Shown piece after piece: positions 11,876 through 24,680 of a stretch of 64,000 nucleotides of DNA (its first letter is position 1; every line of letters starts with the position of its first letter). Source of the DNA: Octopus sinensis (taxonomy: Eukaryota). The stretch spans positions 45,198,001 to 45,262,000 of the forward strand of contig NC_043010.1 in NCBI RefSeq assembly GCF_006345805.1, given 5' to 3'. The translations under genes and the position numbers were made by a program. The notes under the pieces were generated by a model that did not search any database, had not been told where the DNA came from, and worked only from the letters and a program-made list of their open reading frames with translations.

Positions 11876-14051
11876 CACACATATATATATAATTTGTTTT
11901 CTTGCAAAAAATGTCTAGTGCAATACACACATAGGAAATGTGCTGGCTCTGTTACAATTGAGTGTTGGTAAGTAGGATTATTTCCTGGGCCTAAAGTTTT
12001 TATCCACTTAATCACTGACCACATACTGCCACCTGGCCCTTATACCGGTTCGAGTCTCCTCATCAAAGAAGTCGTGATCCAATGTACCCTAAACGACAAT
12101 CGTATATTTTACAGGATATACAAATATTGCCTTGGTGTCTCACAGTGTTGGTTAATCTGTCACAATAAGCATAAAAAAATTGAGCTGCAATACAATTTTG
12201 GTGCTTGGTAGAAGTCCTGAAGGTACCGGAGGCGGCCAGATCATTATCACTAAACCAGTTTTGTTCAATGTAAGATTTTATGTGGAGCAGTAGCAATGGC
12301 ACTAAATAAATTCAGAAACATACTCGTTTAGAAAACCAGTTTGCGGGATTTCCATGCTGCCCTGAACACGACCATATTATTTAGTACTCCTGCAATCGTG
12401 CTAAAACAGGAAGAAAGGAGCTTCAAGCTGCCTGGTTTGAAATGGAAATGTCTCATTACTTCTATGTTGTGATACGAAAAACATTGGATTTTTTCACTCC
12501 AGGTTGTGTCAAAGAACTGCTAATGTGAAACCTGACTTAGCGTTTAAGCAATTTACCACCAAAAAAATTAACGATCAACTGACAAGTATTAGAAATAGGT
12601 ACTACGTGGAGGGACTTCATTTCATTACCTATTTGTGAAATTGCAGTTGTCTGTCAACCTCGTGGATACTTATGGGCTGAAATAAATTTTGTGTAGATTA
12701 TTTTGCTTCTGCTTTTATGAAAATCAGATGACCATTATAATCTAATGCAGCAAGATGAGTGTACTATTCAGCGTCAAGAGATGCATTTGACGATAATGTA
12801 GAACAAAATATGTCTTGGCCATTATCATGATGTCGAAGTTTCAAAAAGTTTCCACACTCAGTATCGGAAATTTTATCTAACTTTTTATTGGGTGTGGCAA
12901 CAATCTCGATAATTATTTTCAAATACTCTTGCCTTTGTCATGTTTGCTGCTTTAGTGTACAGTATTTAGTTAACCTACAACCGGCGTGCTTACAAGTTGA
13001 GAAATCAAATGTACAAAATTTTAGATCTCATTTACAGTATCAATACTAAATTTGCATGAATATGCTTGTGAATGTGACCATGAGTTCACAAATTTTACCA
13101 AGTCAATTAAATTATGTAGATAATTTCGTGCTAATGGAATAATTTGTGTATTACAAGCAGATAAATGATCACCATATGAAGAAAAGTCAGGTAGAGGTAC
13201 AGAAATATTGTTGAGACTCAGGTGAATTAGAAATTAAATGCTGCCAGGAGAGAATGCAATACGAGTAAAATAACAATATGTGTCAGAATAGAAATCCGAA
13301 ACGAGAGAGACGTGTCCACAGCAAAGGAAATACACCGAACGAGAGAGAACTGGACATATTTTAACTCACCTTTAAGAATTAAGCTCTACTAACTACAAAC
13401 CTGATTTATTAAAGCAACATACGCAACAAGGGCGATTTAAAATATCGGTAGAAATGGCATACTACAAATGCATAGTCTCCATTGAAAAATTCTAAAAGAT
13501 TGTTTATCTTTGAAGTCCAGATCGATTTGCATTTGCAGATGGAAATTCTCGTCAGTCTTTGAGCAAAGTCTAATTAAGAACGCATCTAAATAAATATGAC
13601 TGGCATACATTTCTCTTGAGATTTAATTACTGTGAAAGCTTGTATCTTTACGTGTAGGGAGATTTAAGTACCTATTTTCTATAGCAAAGTTATCAATGAA
13701 GCATCTTGCATAATAAACCCATAAACCTTCTAACTTCTAATGCAATCGTGGTCTTTTAAATATTTTTATAACCCCACCTTTGATTCTGATGGGTCTGGAT
13801 ATTTTCAGGTAAATTAAAAGCATTAGTCAATTATAGGATATAGAGACAATATGACTTAAGTACTGAATTTGGGTCAATGGCAACGGAGGTGTGGGTTCAA
13901 TGACCAACTCTTTATATGCCTGAATTTAAATTTGCATTTACACTTTAAGAGCATAAAATACTACATTCTTCCAAGGGGAAAGAGAGGGAGGAAAAGACAA
14001 ACAGAAAAGCATTAACTTAGTTGGCCGAAACTATTCTTGTTAATAAATTAC

Positions 14052-14384
<333 letters not shown>

Positions 14385-14429
14385 CAAAATAAGCAACAAA
14401 AATAACTTCTATGCTGAATGAAGGAAACA

Positions 14430-14860
14430 TGTTCTTTGTCTATCTCAGAAAAGAGTCGCAGCAAAATTTGTGTCTCACCTGCTTCCGGAAGATCAGAAGC
14501 AAATCACAATTGAATGTGTGTCGTAAACTGAAAGAACATTTGGAAGTTGATCCGAACCTTTTGCGAAGGTCATCACTGGTGACGAAAGTTGGTGCTACGG
14601 CTACGACTCGAAAACGAAGTAGCAATCAAGTCAATAGAAGCATTCGATGTCATCACGATCCCACGCACGTCAAGTGAAGTCCGAAGTCAAGACAATGATG
14701 ATTTGTTTCATCGATGCGAAAGGAGTTGCCCACAACGAATTTGTTCCTCCTGGTCAAACTGTTAACCAGACATTTTACTGGCAGTTCTGAAACATTTGCG
14801 AGGTGCAGTGAGACGAAAACGCCCCGACCTGTGACAAAGTGGGGATTGGTGGCTACGAAA
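14430..14860 (+). mobile_element. Mariner transposase internal fragment (pseudogene)
   Basis: RVAAKFVSHLL...KVITGDESWCYGYD...NEFVPPGQTVNQTFY...AVRRKRPDL, with stops and frameshifts. Confidence 0.88.
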
Positions 14861-15149
14861 AGAGAACGGGAAACTTGAATCATTACAAAATAAATTAGTA
14901 TATGATCAAAGAGAAAGGAATTAATATAATAATAAAATGTTTGAATCAAAGGGTGTCAAAAAGTGCTCGAATGTATAATTGAACAATTCAGGTAGAACTG
15001 GTTCTTTCGAAACCAGTAAAGGCTATTGCAGGCATTAACAAAACAAAGGAATTTTAACCAGTTTACGGAAAGACAATGTTCAACATAATGAATATTTGGA
15101 TTGTAACTTGAAACTGAGAGGGAAGTAAATAAATGAAAGAATCTAAACA

Positions 15150-15560
15150 TAACAGTAGACATTCTCCGAAAACAAGAAAAGAAACACTCTAATTGGAATT
15201 TCTATGTGTCTAAATCAATTATTTTTGTCTTTAATACAGACGGACGTGATATATCTAATATTTTTATTTGGGTTTTCTGTCTAGACATAAAGTCATGGTA
15301 ATGCTGTGTTTAGCTTATACTGTTTTGGATAATGAAACCTTAGATCGTACAGACCTTCTTTTCTACGTCTTTTATTAATCCTTCGACATCTTCTGATGAC
15401 TACATTGCAACGAATATATCCGCCACATACCTTGTGTATTTCGTACGATCATATCTGGATACCACTTTGTATTATATTCTTATAAAAAAAGAACACAGAA
15501 AACGTTGTCATCATTGGAGACCTCTATTGCAACATCATTTTCCTTATATAACATGCCTTG
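15150..15560 (+). mobile_element. Possible decayed apurinic endonuclease fragment of a LINE
   Basis: Scattered motif remnants (YRP and ENVVIIGDL); heavily frameshifted. Confidence 0.35.
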
Positions 15561-15627
15561 GGGAATACAAAAGTACCTCCATTGTAGTAATAGTTCTTTT
15601 ATTGATTATCTTATACATGTATGTATG

Positions 15628-16056
<429 letters not shown>

Positions 16057-16102
16057 CTATATATTCAACCACGTCCTTTCACAAACCAACTTTCTCATCT
16101 AT

Positions 16103-16153
<51 letters not shown>

Positions 16154-16208
16154 AGTGAATTGAAGAAATGGAGTTGAACGAAGATTGAACAGAAATCGTT
16201 TTATTGCA

Positions 16209-16288
16209 TTCTACACGTGTTTCGAAAGCCACAATTTCCAAAATTCCGATTGAATAAGGAGACCATATTGTGTCTTTCTCTTCAGGAA
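16209..16288 (-). ncRNA. Mirror copy of the hammerhead motif in the left palindrome arm
   Basis: Exact reverse complement of 16459-16538. Confidence 0.75.
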
Positions 16289-16458
16289 GAAATAGGAAAT
16301 CCGTTGGAAAAAACAAAAACCCAACAGAGGCGGAGCAAAACAAATCGAACGAGGCTCCTAAGAGCCCATGGCCAAACATGGGCTCTTAGGAGCCTCGTTC
16401 GATTTGTTTTGCTCCGCCTCTGTTGGGTTTTTGTTTTTTCCAACGGATTTCCTATTTC

Positions 16459-16538
16459 TTCCTGAAGAGAAAGACACAATATGGTCTCCTTATTCAATCG
16501 GAATTTTGGAAATTGTGGCTTTCGAAACACGTGTAGAA
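16459..16538 (+). ncRNA. Minimal type I hammerhead ribozyme motif (PLE pseudo-LTR type)
   Basis: TTC-CTGAAGA-[GAAAGACACAAT...ATTGTGGCTTTC, 11/12 paired]-GAAA-C-ACGT-G-T-A^GAA; predicted cleavage after A16535; AATAAA at 16542. Confidence 0.75.
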
Positions 16539-16755
16539 TGCAATAAAACGATTTCTGTTCAATCTTCGTTCAACTCCATTTCTTCAATTCACTAATAATA
16601 TTAAAATTCAATTATCCGCACCAACGCATGGTTGCAACACCATATGGTTGTACCTCCAACCGTGCTGTCTTCTGCTGTGATTTTTGCTACCAAGGTATCG
16701 GTTAAACTTTTGATTAATCTGCAACAAGATTATTCATCTTTCTATTTCACAATAT

Positions 16756-16789
<34 letters not shown>

Positions 16790-16849
16790 CTCTTATATAT
16801 ATATATATTAACAGAAAGGGAGGAATTTCGATTAATTCGCACACTTTAC

Positions 16850-17493
16850 ATAGTTTTAATATCATTTTAAATATATTTTATATTGTGTTTGTCGACCGGT
16901 TTCGCCTTCGCTAATCATGACATTAAAATTTATTTAAATACGTATTTTCTTTTGAAAAAAATTTTGTCCATGTTGTGTGTGGAGTTTATGAATGAATGAT
17001 TCAACAAGTACAAAAATCTAAGGGGAAGTAATTGGTTATCGTTATTATTGTGTACAGGGGAGATAATTGTTCATCTTTCGGTGGGATATATATATATATA
17101 AACACAAAAATTCAAAAACTAGAGTAGTGAGGAGAAATATGTAAAATGATGGGTATGTAATCGTGAATTAAAATATGTATAGAGATCAAAGTTGGTTATG
17201 CGTGCATATTTAGACGTGTTCTGTATTTTTCGATGAACAAATTTTCTTTATTTAAATGTTCTTGTATAGAAATTGTATTTTTGCACTGGTAGAAAGGGAA
17301 AAACTGTGAAATTTGGTTTGATGTTACCTGCACATCTCTTTATGTGTTCACTTAAAGGAATCTGTCTGTATTGCAGGAATTGGATCTGCTCTTTATGTAG
17401 AGTGGCTCTCCGTTTGAATGTCATACTCGCCTGTCCGATATAGTGATGTCCGCAACCTGAGCAGGTTATTTCATAAATTAGATTTTCAGAGGC
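16850..17493 (-). mobile_element. Penelope-like element 3' end: GIY-YIG endonuclease plus 3' UTR/pseudo-LTR
   Basis: SENLIYEITCSGCGHHYIGQ...RATLHKEQ...PLSEH...KENLFIEKYRTRLN*; degenerate hammerhead GAAACCGGTC about 290 nt downstream. Confidence 0.88.
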
Positions 17494-18067
17494 ATGGTGA
17501 AACCGCATCGCATATTACCAGTCAATGTACGCCACTAGCCCAGAAAGAAATATAAGAAGCGTCACGACAACATAGCAAGGATTGTCCATTGTATACGTTA
17601 CAACAAGTGTGGACTTGACAGAACAAAAATGTGGTACGAACTTAAACCTAAAGGTATCATCAAAAGTGATAATGCAAAGATCCTTTGGGACTTTATGATT
17701 CTGTGAGACCATGAGATAGAGAATAGGAAACCAGACATAGTGTTAATTGAGAAAGAAAGCAAACGATGCTAGATCATAAATATAGCATGCCCAGCTGACA
17801 AAAAAAGTATGCGATAAGGAAGAAAGAAAAGTGGATAGACATGACAGGTTAGCATGGGAGGTTAAGTAGTCGCAGTCGCTGAAAGAGGTGGTAGTAGAAC
17901 AATAATTGGCGGTGTCCTGTGAACAGTGAGTAAAAATCTTGAGAAGTACATGGAATAAATAGGGGCTGCGCACTGGTGCTCGAAAAATAAGAGGTGTTAC
18001 TTTAGTTTACTGGTAGGGAAGAGCTGACACTGTAGTACGTCTCCAGTATTAGAAGCTGTGCAAAGAC
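17494..18067 (+). mobile_element. R4/Dong-like non-LTR retrotransposon 3' end (zinc-knuckle tail plus restriction-like endonuclease) with (AAT)n tail
   Basis: GETASHITSQC..LAQKEYKKRHDNIARIVH...AKILWDFMI..DHEIENRKPDIVLIEK...IACP; followed by (AAT)n at 18068-18088. Confidence 0.85.
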
Positions 18068-18089
18068 AATAATAATAATCATAATAATC

Positions 18090-20080
18090 TTTTCTATTAT
18101 AGGCACAAGGCTTGAAATTTTGTGGGAGCGGATTTTCGATTACAATAACCCCAGTGTTTCACTGGTACTTAATTTATAGACCCTGAAAGGATGAAAGGCA
18201 AAGTCGACCTCGGCGAAATTTGAACTCAGAACGTAGCGACAGGCAAAATACCTATTTCTGTACTACCCACAAGGGGCTAAACACAGAGAGGACAAACAAG
18301 GACAGACAAAGGAATTAAGTCGATTACATCGACCCCAGTGCGTAACTGGTAGTTAATTTATCGACCCTGAAAGGATGAAAGGCAAAGTCGACCTCGGCGA
18401 AATTTGAACTCAGAACGTAGCGACAGGTAAAATACCTATTTCTGTACTACCCACAAGGGGCTAAACACAGAGAGGACAAACAAGGACAGACAAACGGATT
18501 AAGTCGATTTTATCGACCCCAGTGCGTAACTGGTACTTAATTTATCGACCCTGAAAGGATGAAAGGCAAAGTCGACCTCGGCGAAATTTGAACTCAGAAC
18601 GTAGCGACAGGCAAAATACCTTATATCTGTACTACCCACAAGGGGCTAAACACAGAGAGGACAAACAAGGACAGACAAACGGATTAAGTCGATCACATCG
18701 ACCCCAGTGCGTAACTGGTACTTAATTTATCGACCCTGAAAGGATGAAAGGCAAAGTCGACCTCGGCGGAATTTGAACTCAGAACGTAGCGACAGGCAAA
18801 ATACCTTATTTCTGTACTACACACAAGGGGCTAAACACAGAGAGGACAAACAAGGACAGACAAACGGATTAAGTCGATTACATCGACTCCAGTGCGTAAC
18901 TGGTACTTAATTTATCGACCCTGAAAGGATGAAAGGCAAAGTCGACCTCGGCGGAATTTGAACTTAGAACGAAGCGACAGGCAAAATACCTATTTCGGTA
19001 CTACCCACAAAGAGCTAAACACAGAGAGGACAAACAAGGACAGACAAACGGATTAAGTCGATTACATCGACCCCAGTGCGTAACTGGTACTTAATTTATC
19101 GACCCTGAAAGGATAAAAGGCAAAGTCGACCTCGGCGGAATTTGAACTTAGAACGTAGCGACAGGCAAAATACCTATTTCTGTACTACCCACAAGGGGCT
19201 AAACACAGAGAGGACAAACAAGACAGACAAACGGATTAAGTCGATTTTATCGACCCCAGTGCGTAACTGGTACTTAATTTATCGACCCTGAAAGGATGAA
19301 GGCAAAGTCGACCTCGGCGAAATTTGAACTCAGAACGTAGCGACAGGCAAAATACCTTATATCTGTACTACCCACAAGGGGCTAAACACAGAGAGGACAA
19401 ACAAGGACAGACAAACGGATTAAGTCGATCACATCGACCCCAGTGCGTAACTGGTACTTAATTTATCGACCCTGAAAGGATGAAAGGCAAAGTCGACCTC
19501 GGCGGAATTTGAACTCAGAACGTAGCGACAGGCAAAATACCTTATTTCTGTACTACACACAAGGGGCTAAACACAGAGAGGACAAACAAGGACAGACAAA
19601 CGGATTAAGTCGATTACATCGACTCCAGTGCGTAACTGGTACTTAATTTATCGACCCTGAAAGGATGAAAGGCAAAGTCGACCTCGGCGGAATTTGAACT
19701 TAGAACGAAGCGACAGGCAAAATACCTATTTCGGTACTACCCACAAAGAGCTAAACACAGAGAGGACAAACAAGGACAGACAAACGGATTAAGTCGATTA
19801 CATCGACCCCAGTGCGTAACTGGTACTTAATTTATCGACCCTGAAAGGATAAAAGGCAAAGTCGACCTCGGCGGAATTTGAACTTAGAACGTAGCGACAG
19901 GCAAAATACCTATTTCTGTACTACCCACAAGGGGCTAAACACAGAGAGGACAAACAAGGACAGACAAACGACCCCAGTGCGTAACTGGTACTTAATTTAT
20001 CGACCCTGAAAGGATGAAAGACAAAGTTGACCTCGGCGGAATTTGAACTTGTTGTAACATATACAATTTGAACGCCGCCT
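18090..20080 (-). repeat. SINE-B-derived tandem array: ten about 184-bp units plus a partial unit, with a 4-unit (about 736-bp) higher-order repeat
   Basis: Unit starts CCCTGAAAGG at 18181, 18365, 18549, 18734, 18919, 19103, 19286, 19470, 19655, 19839, 20004; SINE tail1 at 18090-18180 and head remnant CGCCGCCTT at about 20072. Confidence 0.95.
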
Positions 20081-20093
20081 TAATAATAATATT

Positions 20094-20132
<39 letters not shown>

Positions 20133-20158
20133 AATAATAATAATAATAATAAAAATAA

Positions 20159-20200
<42 letters not shown>

Positions 20201-20205
20201 TATAA
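20080..20205. repeat. (AAT)n/(AAC)n microsatellite
   Basis: Directly visible. Confidence 0.95.
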
Positions 20206-20954
20206 TAATCCGCGGAAGATACAGATATAAACTCAACTCGAGCTATTCTTCACAGCTGGAAAAAGCCAGTGCTTTAGTGACAGTTATATTTTTGTATGTA
20301 TTGAAGTGTTAAAATTCAATTTCTATAAATCTTTTATTATAACCTTTGCGTTATTTGTGTCATATTCAGTTACCCAATTGGCTGCCGTTTGTCAGTGAAA
20401 TACTAGATTCTATTTAGTAAAACATAAATTGCTGATTGTCTCTACAACAGAATAAATCTGACTTATTAACCTCGACTCTACAAACCCCTATCGCTTGATT
20501 TATCACCAGAAAGACCAATGTTATAACATTCGGCTGTGATGTATTCCAGCTTGCACTCGTGTTTACATTGAGTCTCTCCTTTTCACATCTTTAATGATCT
20601 GCCTTTCGTAGTGTTTTCCCGTACAACTGTTGTCCTTTATCAGTTCACAACTACCACCACCATCACCACCTCCACCGCCACCGCTGCCATCAGCACCACC
20701 ATCACCACCGCCAAACACTGCCATTTCCAGTGTCCTTCTTTCGTTAGTTATATTATTTCATTTCCTAACTCTTCTCAGTTTCTTTGCCTGTCTATCTGTT
20801 TGTCTCTCTGTCTCCTCCTCTCCCCCTCTCTCTCCTCCTCTGTCCCCTCCTCCCCTCCCCCTCTCTGTCTCTTGGTATTCTTTAGTATGCGGGTCAAGAG
20901 GACGAAAGGCGGCTAGTTCGTCACATTTGCTGGATCTCTGAGACTGTTAACTCG

Positions 20955-21340
20955 TTTACTCTTTTACTTGTTTCAGTCATTTGACTGTGGCCATGCTGGA
21001 GCACCACCTTTTAGTCGGGCAAATCGACCCTAGGACTTATTCTTTGTAAGCCTAGTATTTATTCTATCGGTCTCCTTTACCGAACCGCTAAGTTTCGGGG
21101 ACGTAAACACAACAGCATCGGTTGTCAAGCGATGTTGGGGGGACAAACACAGACACACAAACACGCACACACATATATATATATACATATATACATATAT
21201 ACGACGGGCTTCTTTCAGTTTCCGTCTACCAAATCCACTCACAAGGCTTTGGTCGGCCCGAGGCTATAGTAGAAGACACTTACCCAAGGTGCCACGCAGT
21301 GGGAATGAACCCGGAACCATGTGGTTGGTAAGCAAGCTAC
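20955..21340 (-). mobile_element. tRNA-derived SINE family A, head truncated
   Basis: Same body as 46429-46797 and 55261-55665 (GGCACCTTGGGCAAGTGTCTTCTACTATAGCC...; tail GACTGAAACAAGTAAAAGAG). Confidence 0.92.
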
Positions 21341-21634
21341 TCCGATGCATCCTTGAACAATTGCATGTCGATGCCATGCGCGGATGGGAAATGGTCAATT
21401 CCAGCAGATAAGTACTTCAAGAAGGAAAGAGTGGGAGTGGAGACAAATACAGTCCCAGGAGTTGTACATGGTATAATTGATGACTGGAGGAAACACGAAT
21501 GAATCGAGTAAATTAGGGTAGAGATGGTATGCAAACAGCTGAGCAGAGGTAATTGCCGTGGCGCTAGAAAAGACTGAGTGAAAAGGTGGCGTGTCTGCCG
21601 GCTCGAGATTAAAACGTACTGAAAGAAAAATATC

Positions 21635-21954
21635 TGTAGGCGACAGGGGGGAATTACAACCGTGTTTCGTGGTCTGCTACCACAACAGCTCCTTTATAGG
21701 ATCCAGTTAGCTCAAGACATCATCAGGAGGTTTCGGCCCCTACTCCTCTACCGTTTTGACGTTGCGGGGCACCCCCTTTCGGAGGTGTCTTCAGCTCTGG
21801 TGTTGGGTGCATGTCTTCTTTCTTCTGTTCCCTGGCCTCTTCGATGTATCGTCAGCGAGTGTCAGCCGGTGACTGACTGTCTTGTCAAATTTTCCCCTTT
21901 AAATACCTGCCGCATAGGCTCCAGCAGGCAGCCCCAGCAAGTTGTCACGTGACA
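21635..21954 (-). mobile_element. Putative solo LTR
   Basis: Minus strand begins TGTCA and ends TACA, GC-richer than the flanks, TATTTAAA box; no TSD, PBS or PPT found. Confidence 0.3.
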
Positions 21955-22599
21955 CTGTCTCACCTTAAAATGTACAGAAAAAAATGTATGGAGGACTTTA
22001 CCAAATATAGGACAAACCAGTGTTGATTGAGAGTAGATCATATAAATCTCCATCTGCACACGCTGTAATAGGAAGCTACTAGTCCGTGGGGTGAGTGACG
22101 GATGGAGCTCATAAGCAGACTGGTACAATTAAATTATTTGCTGATGACATGTGTAATGATATTATTTTTACCAAATTTCTCACGCGGAAGAAACAGCTGC
22201 CGTGTGATACAGAGAGTAAATCTGGTCTCTCATTAAAGAGGGAAAGAGATTGAAGATGTTGCAGGAGGCGGTTGTTTTGGAGATGTTAAATGAGCAAAAG
22301 GTCGATGTCTAGCAGGGTCAGAGAGTTTACTCTTCTTGGGAATTAAACATGCTGTAATGTGTTTCCAAGATCGAAATTTATCGAGAAAGAGAGAGGGGGA
22401 GAGGAGAGAAAGAGATTGAACAGTCTGATAAGGATAAGGATGAATTCACAAGAGCATTGTTTGAGAGTAATGGGAGGGATAATGTCAGGGGTAGTGGATT
22501 GTTGGTTTGAAATGCCGTAGAGGCTTTTGCGCTTCGATCCTATATATTGTTTGTGTACTGGTGCCGCTGATGGCCTTTTTCTTCTATTTCTTTTGTTTT

Positions 22600-23300
22600 T
22601 TTCTTTTACTTGTTTCAGCCATTTGACTACGGCCATACTGGGGCATCGCCTTGAAGAGATTTTTAGTCGAATAAATCCACTCCAGGACTTATTCTTTGTC
22701 GAGCCTGGTACTTTTTCTATTAGTCTCTTTTACCGAACTGCTAAGTTAAGAGGACGCAGACACACCAACACGGGTTGTCAAGCGGTGGTGGGGACAAAGA
22801 CACACACACGCTCGCACGCGCGCACAAACACACACACATACACAAACACACACATACACACACATAGAAATATATATATATATACTCTTTACTCTTTACT
22901 CTTTTACTTGTTTCAGTCATTTTGACTGTGGCCATGCTGGAGCACCGCCTTTAGTCGACCAAATCGACCCCAGGACTTATTCTTTGTAAGCCTAGTACTT
23001 ATTCTATCGGTCTCTTTTGTCGAACCGCTAAGTTTCGGGGACGTAAACACACTAGCATCGGTTGTCAAGCGATGTTGGGGGGACAAACACAGACACAGAA
23101 CATACACACACACACACATATATATATATACATATATACATATATACGACGGGCTTCTTTCAGTTTCCTTCTACCAAATCCACTCACAAGGCTTTAGTTG
23201 GCCCAAAGCTATTGTAGAAGACACTTGTCCAAAGCTCCACAGAAAGGGACTGAACCTAGAACCGTGAGTTTGGGAAGCAAGTTTCTTACCACACAGGCAT
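22600..23300 (-). mobile_element. Two adjacent SINE family A copies (partial 22600-22830; near-full 22895-23300)
   Basis: Family A body and tail motifs present twice. Confidence 0.88.
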
Positions 23301-23699
23301 GCATGCGCCTATGTGTACTTTCAGAGTGCTTATGCATCATTTGCATTTTTCACTATGCTATAAGTGTTGCAAACGTGCAGTTCGTATCTAGACTAGTGTC
23401 TTCTATATGAAAAGTCTGCGGGATAGTTGAGAGTATTTAATACTCCTTGATGTTACAGGCATGAACGGGAGATGATGGATTTGACGGCTACTGTTTTTAG
23501 ATTATGTGCTTAGAATTGTGTTGATGCTTAGGATCTGGTTGGTGCAGGAATGCAGTAGCCGTGCAATCATGTCTGGGTGAATACATAGTGAGAAAAGGTA
23601 AATGGTATCATCTGCTATTACAAGTAAGTTTACCGCCATCAGTTCACCGTGAGAAATGTTCACCGCGAGAAGACTTTACCGAGAAAATATATCCATAGT

Positions 23700-24018
23700 T
23701 GAGATCCCCTTCGGTCATGACTGACCATAGGATTGCACCTAGAAAGTTACCCTCCCAGGCACAAGTCCGGGCAAGGTTGTTTGTGGTAGACCAGCTGTTG
23801 CCCATGCATACCAGCCTCCCCTCTCCACGCCACCAGTGTTATCCAAGGGAAAGGCAAAGGTCGATACAGCTTGGCACCAGTGATGTCGCAACTCATCTCT
23901 GCAGCTGAGTGAACTGGAGCAACGAGAAATAAAGTGTCTTGCTCAAGAACACAACACGCAGCCCGGTCCGGGATTCGAACTCACAACCACACGATCGTAA
24001 GCTCGACGCTCTAACCAT
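23700..24018 (-). mobile_element. tRNA-derived SINE (family E)
   Basis: Minus strand A box TGGTTAGAGCGTCG, B box GAGTTCGAATCC, then GTGTTCTTGAGCAAGACACTTTA core. Confidence 0.85.
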
Positions 24019-24439
24019 AGTATCTCATCCATGAGATACTATCCATAGTATCTCATTATTAATAGTTAAAAACTATTTTATTGAAAAAGAAAAACGGTGA
24101 ATTGATGATGGTGGACTTTATGTATAGCTGAATGTAGATTTTGCTGGGTTGGAGAAAGTCGTGCGCAGTGAGTAAGACGACAGATCCTTGCAGTACACCA
24201 TTCCAGAAATTATGGATGCTTGACATTGTTCTCGCCTTTTATAAATCTAAGACGATATTGTCCATTATTTTCATCGTTTCAAACACATGAAGCTGTGATT
24301 CAAGCGGTTTCTACAAGATTATGTCACTACCTTGTTCCTTTCATTGTATCTGTTGTTGCTGATATTGTTGTGACATCGTTGTAGTTGGTGTTAATGATCA
24401 TGCCATTATCGCAGAAAAGGTGTCCTAGTGTACGGCCGT

Positions 24440-24680
24440 TTATTACAGATTCTAACATACAATACGTTTAAGGCGGTGAGCAAGCAGAATAGTTAGCACG
24501 CCGGGAAAAATGCTTAGCAGCATTTCGTCCGTCTTTACGTTTTGATTTTAAAATCCTTCGAGGTCGACTTTGCCTTTCATCCCTTCGAGGTCGACTTTGC
24601 CTTTCATCCCTTCGGGGTCGATTAAATATGTACCAGTTGAGCTCTGGGGGACGATATCCTTGAGTCAAAACTTGAAATCA
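24440..24680 (+). mobile_element. SINE family B with a short internal tandem duplication of the core
   Basis: Head AGGCGGTGAGC..GCAGAA..GTTAGCAC; CTTCGAGGTCGACTTTGCCTTTCATCC is duplicated. Confidence 0.88.

Larger units (their letters stand above)
16146..16601. repeat. Palindrome with 225-bp arms and a 6-nt loop (GCCAAA, 16371-16376)
   Basis: Arms are reverse complements with no mismatch seen; the ORF track gives identical translations on both strands (16217+ vs 16530-). Confidence 0.97.

Noticed and set aside
12060-12450. Possible decayed LINE RT on the minus strand
   Set aside because: Only faint motif resemblance; not supportable by eye.
15393-15416. CTGATGA...GAA hammerhead-like words
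   Set aside because: No stem II pairing and GAAT instead of GAAA.
18181-20050. CRISPR-like regular repeat array
   Set aside because: The whole 184-bp units are near-identical with no unique spacers and derive from a SINE; eukaryotic context and no cas genes.
21712-21745. GAAAC-CTC-CTGATGA on the minus strand
   Set aside because: The spacing leaves no room for stems I and III in type II/III topology.
23960-24018. tRNA-like sequence (and similar heads at 30480-30551, 46435, 55261)
   Set aside because: SINE heads with A/B boxes but no complete cloverleaf; they continue into SINE bodies.
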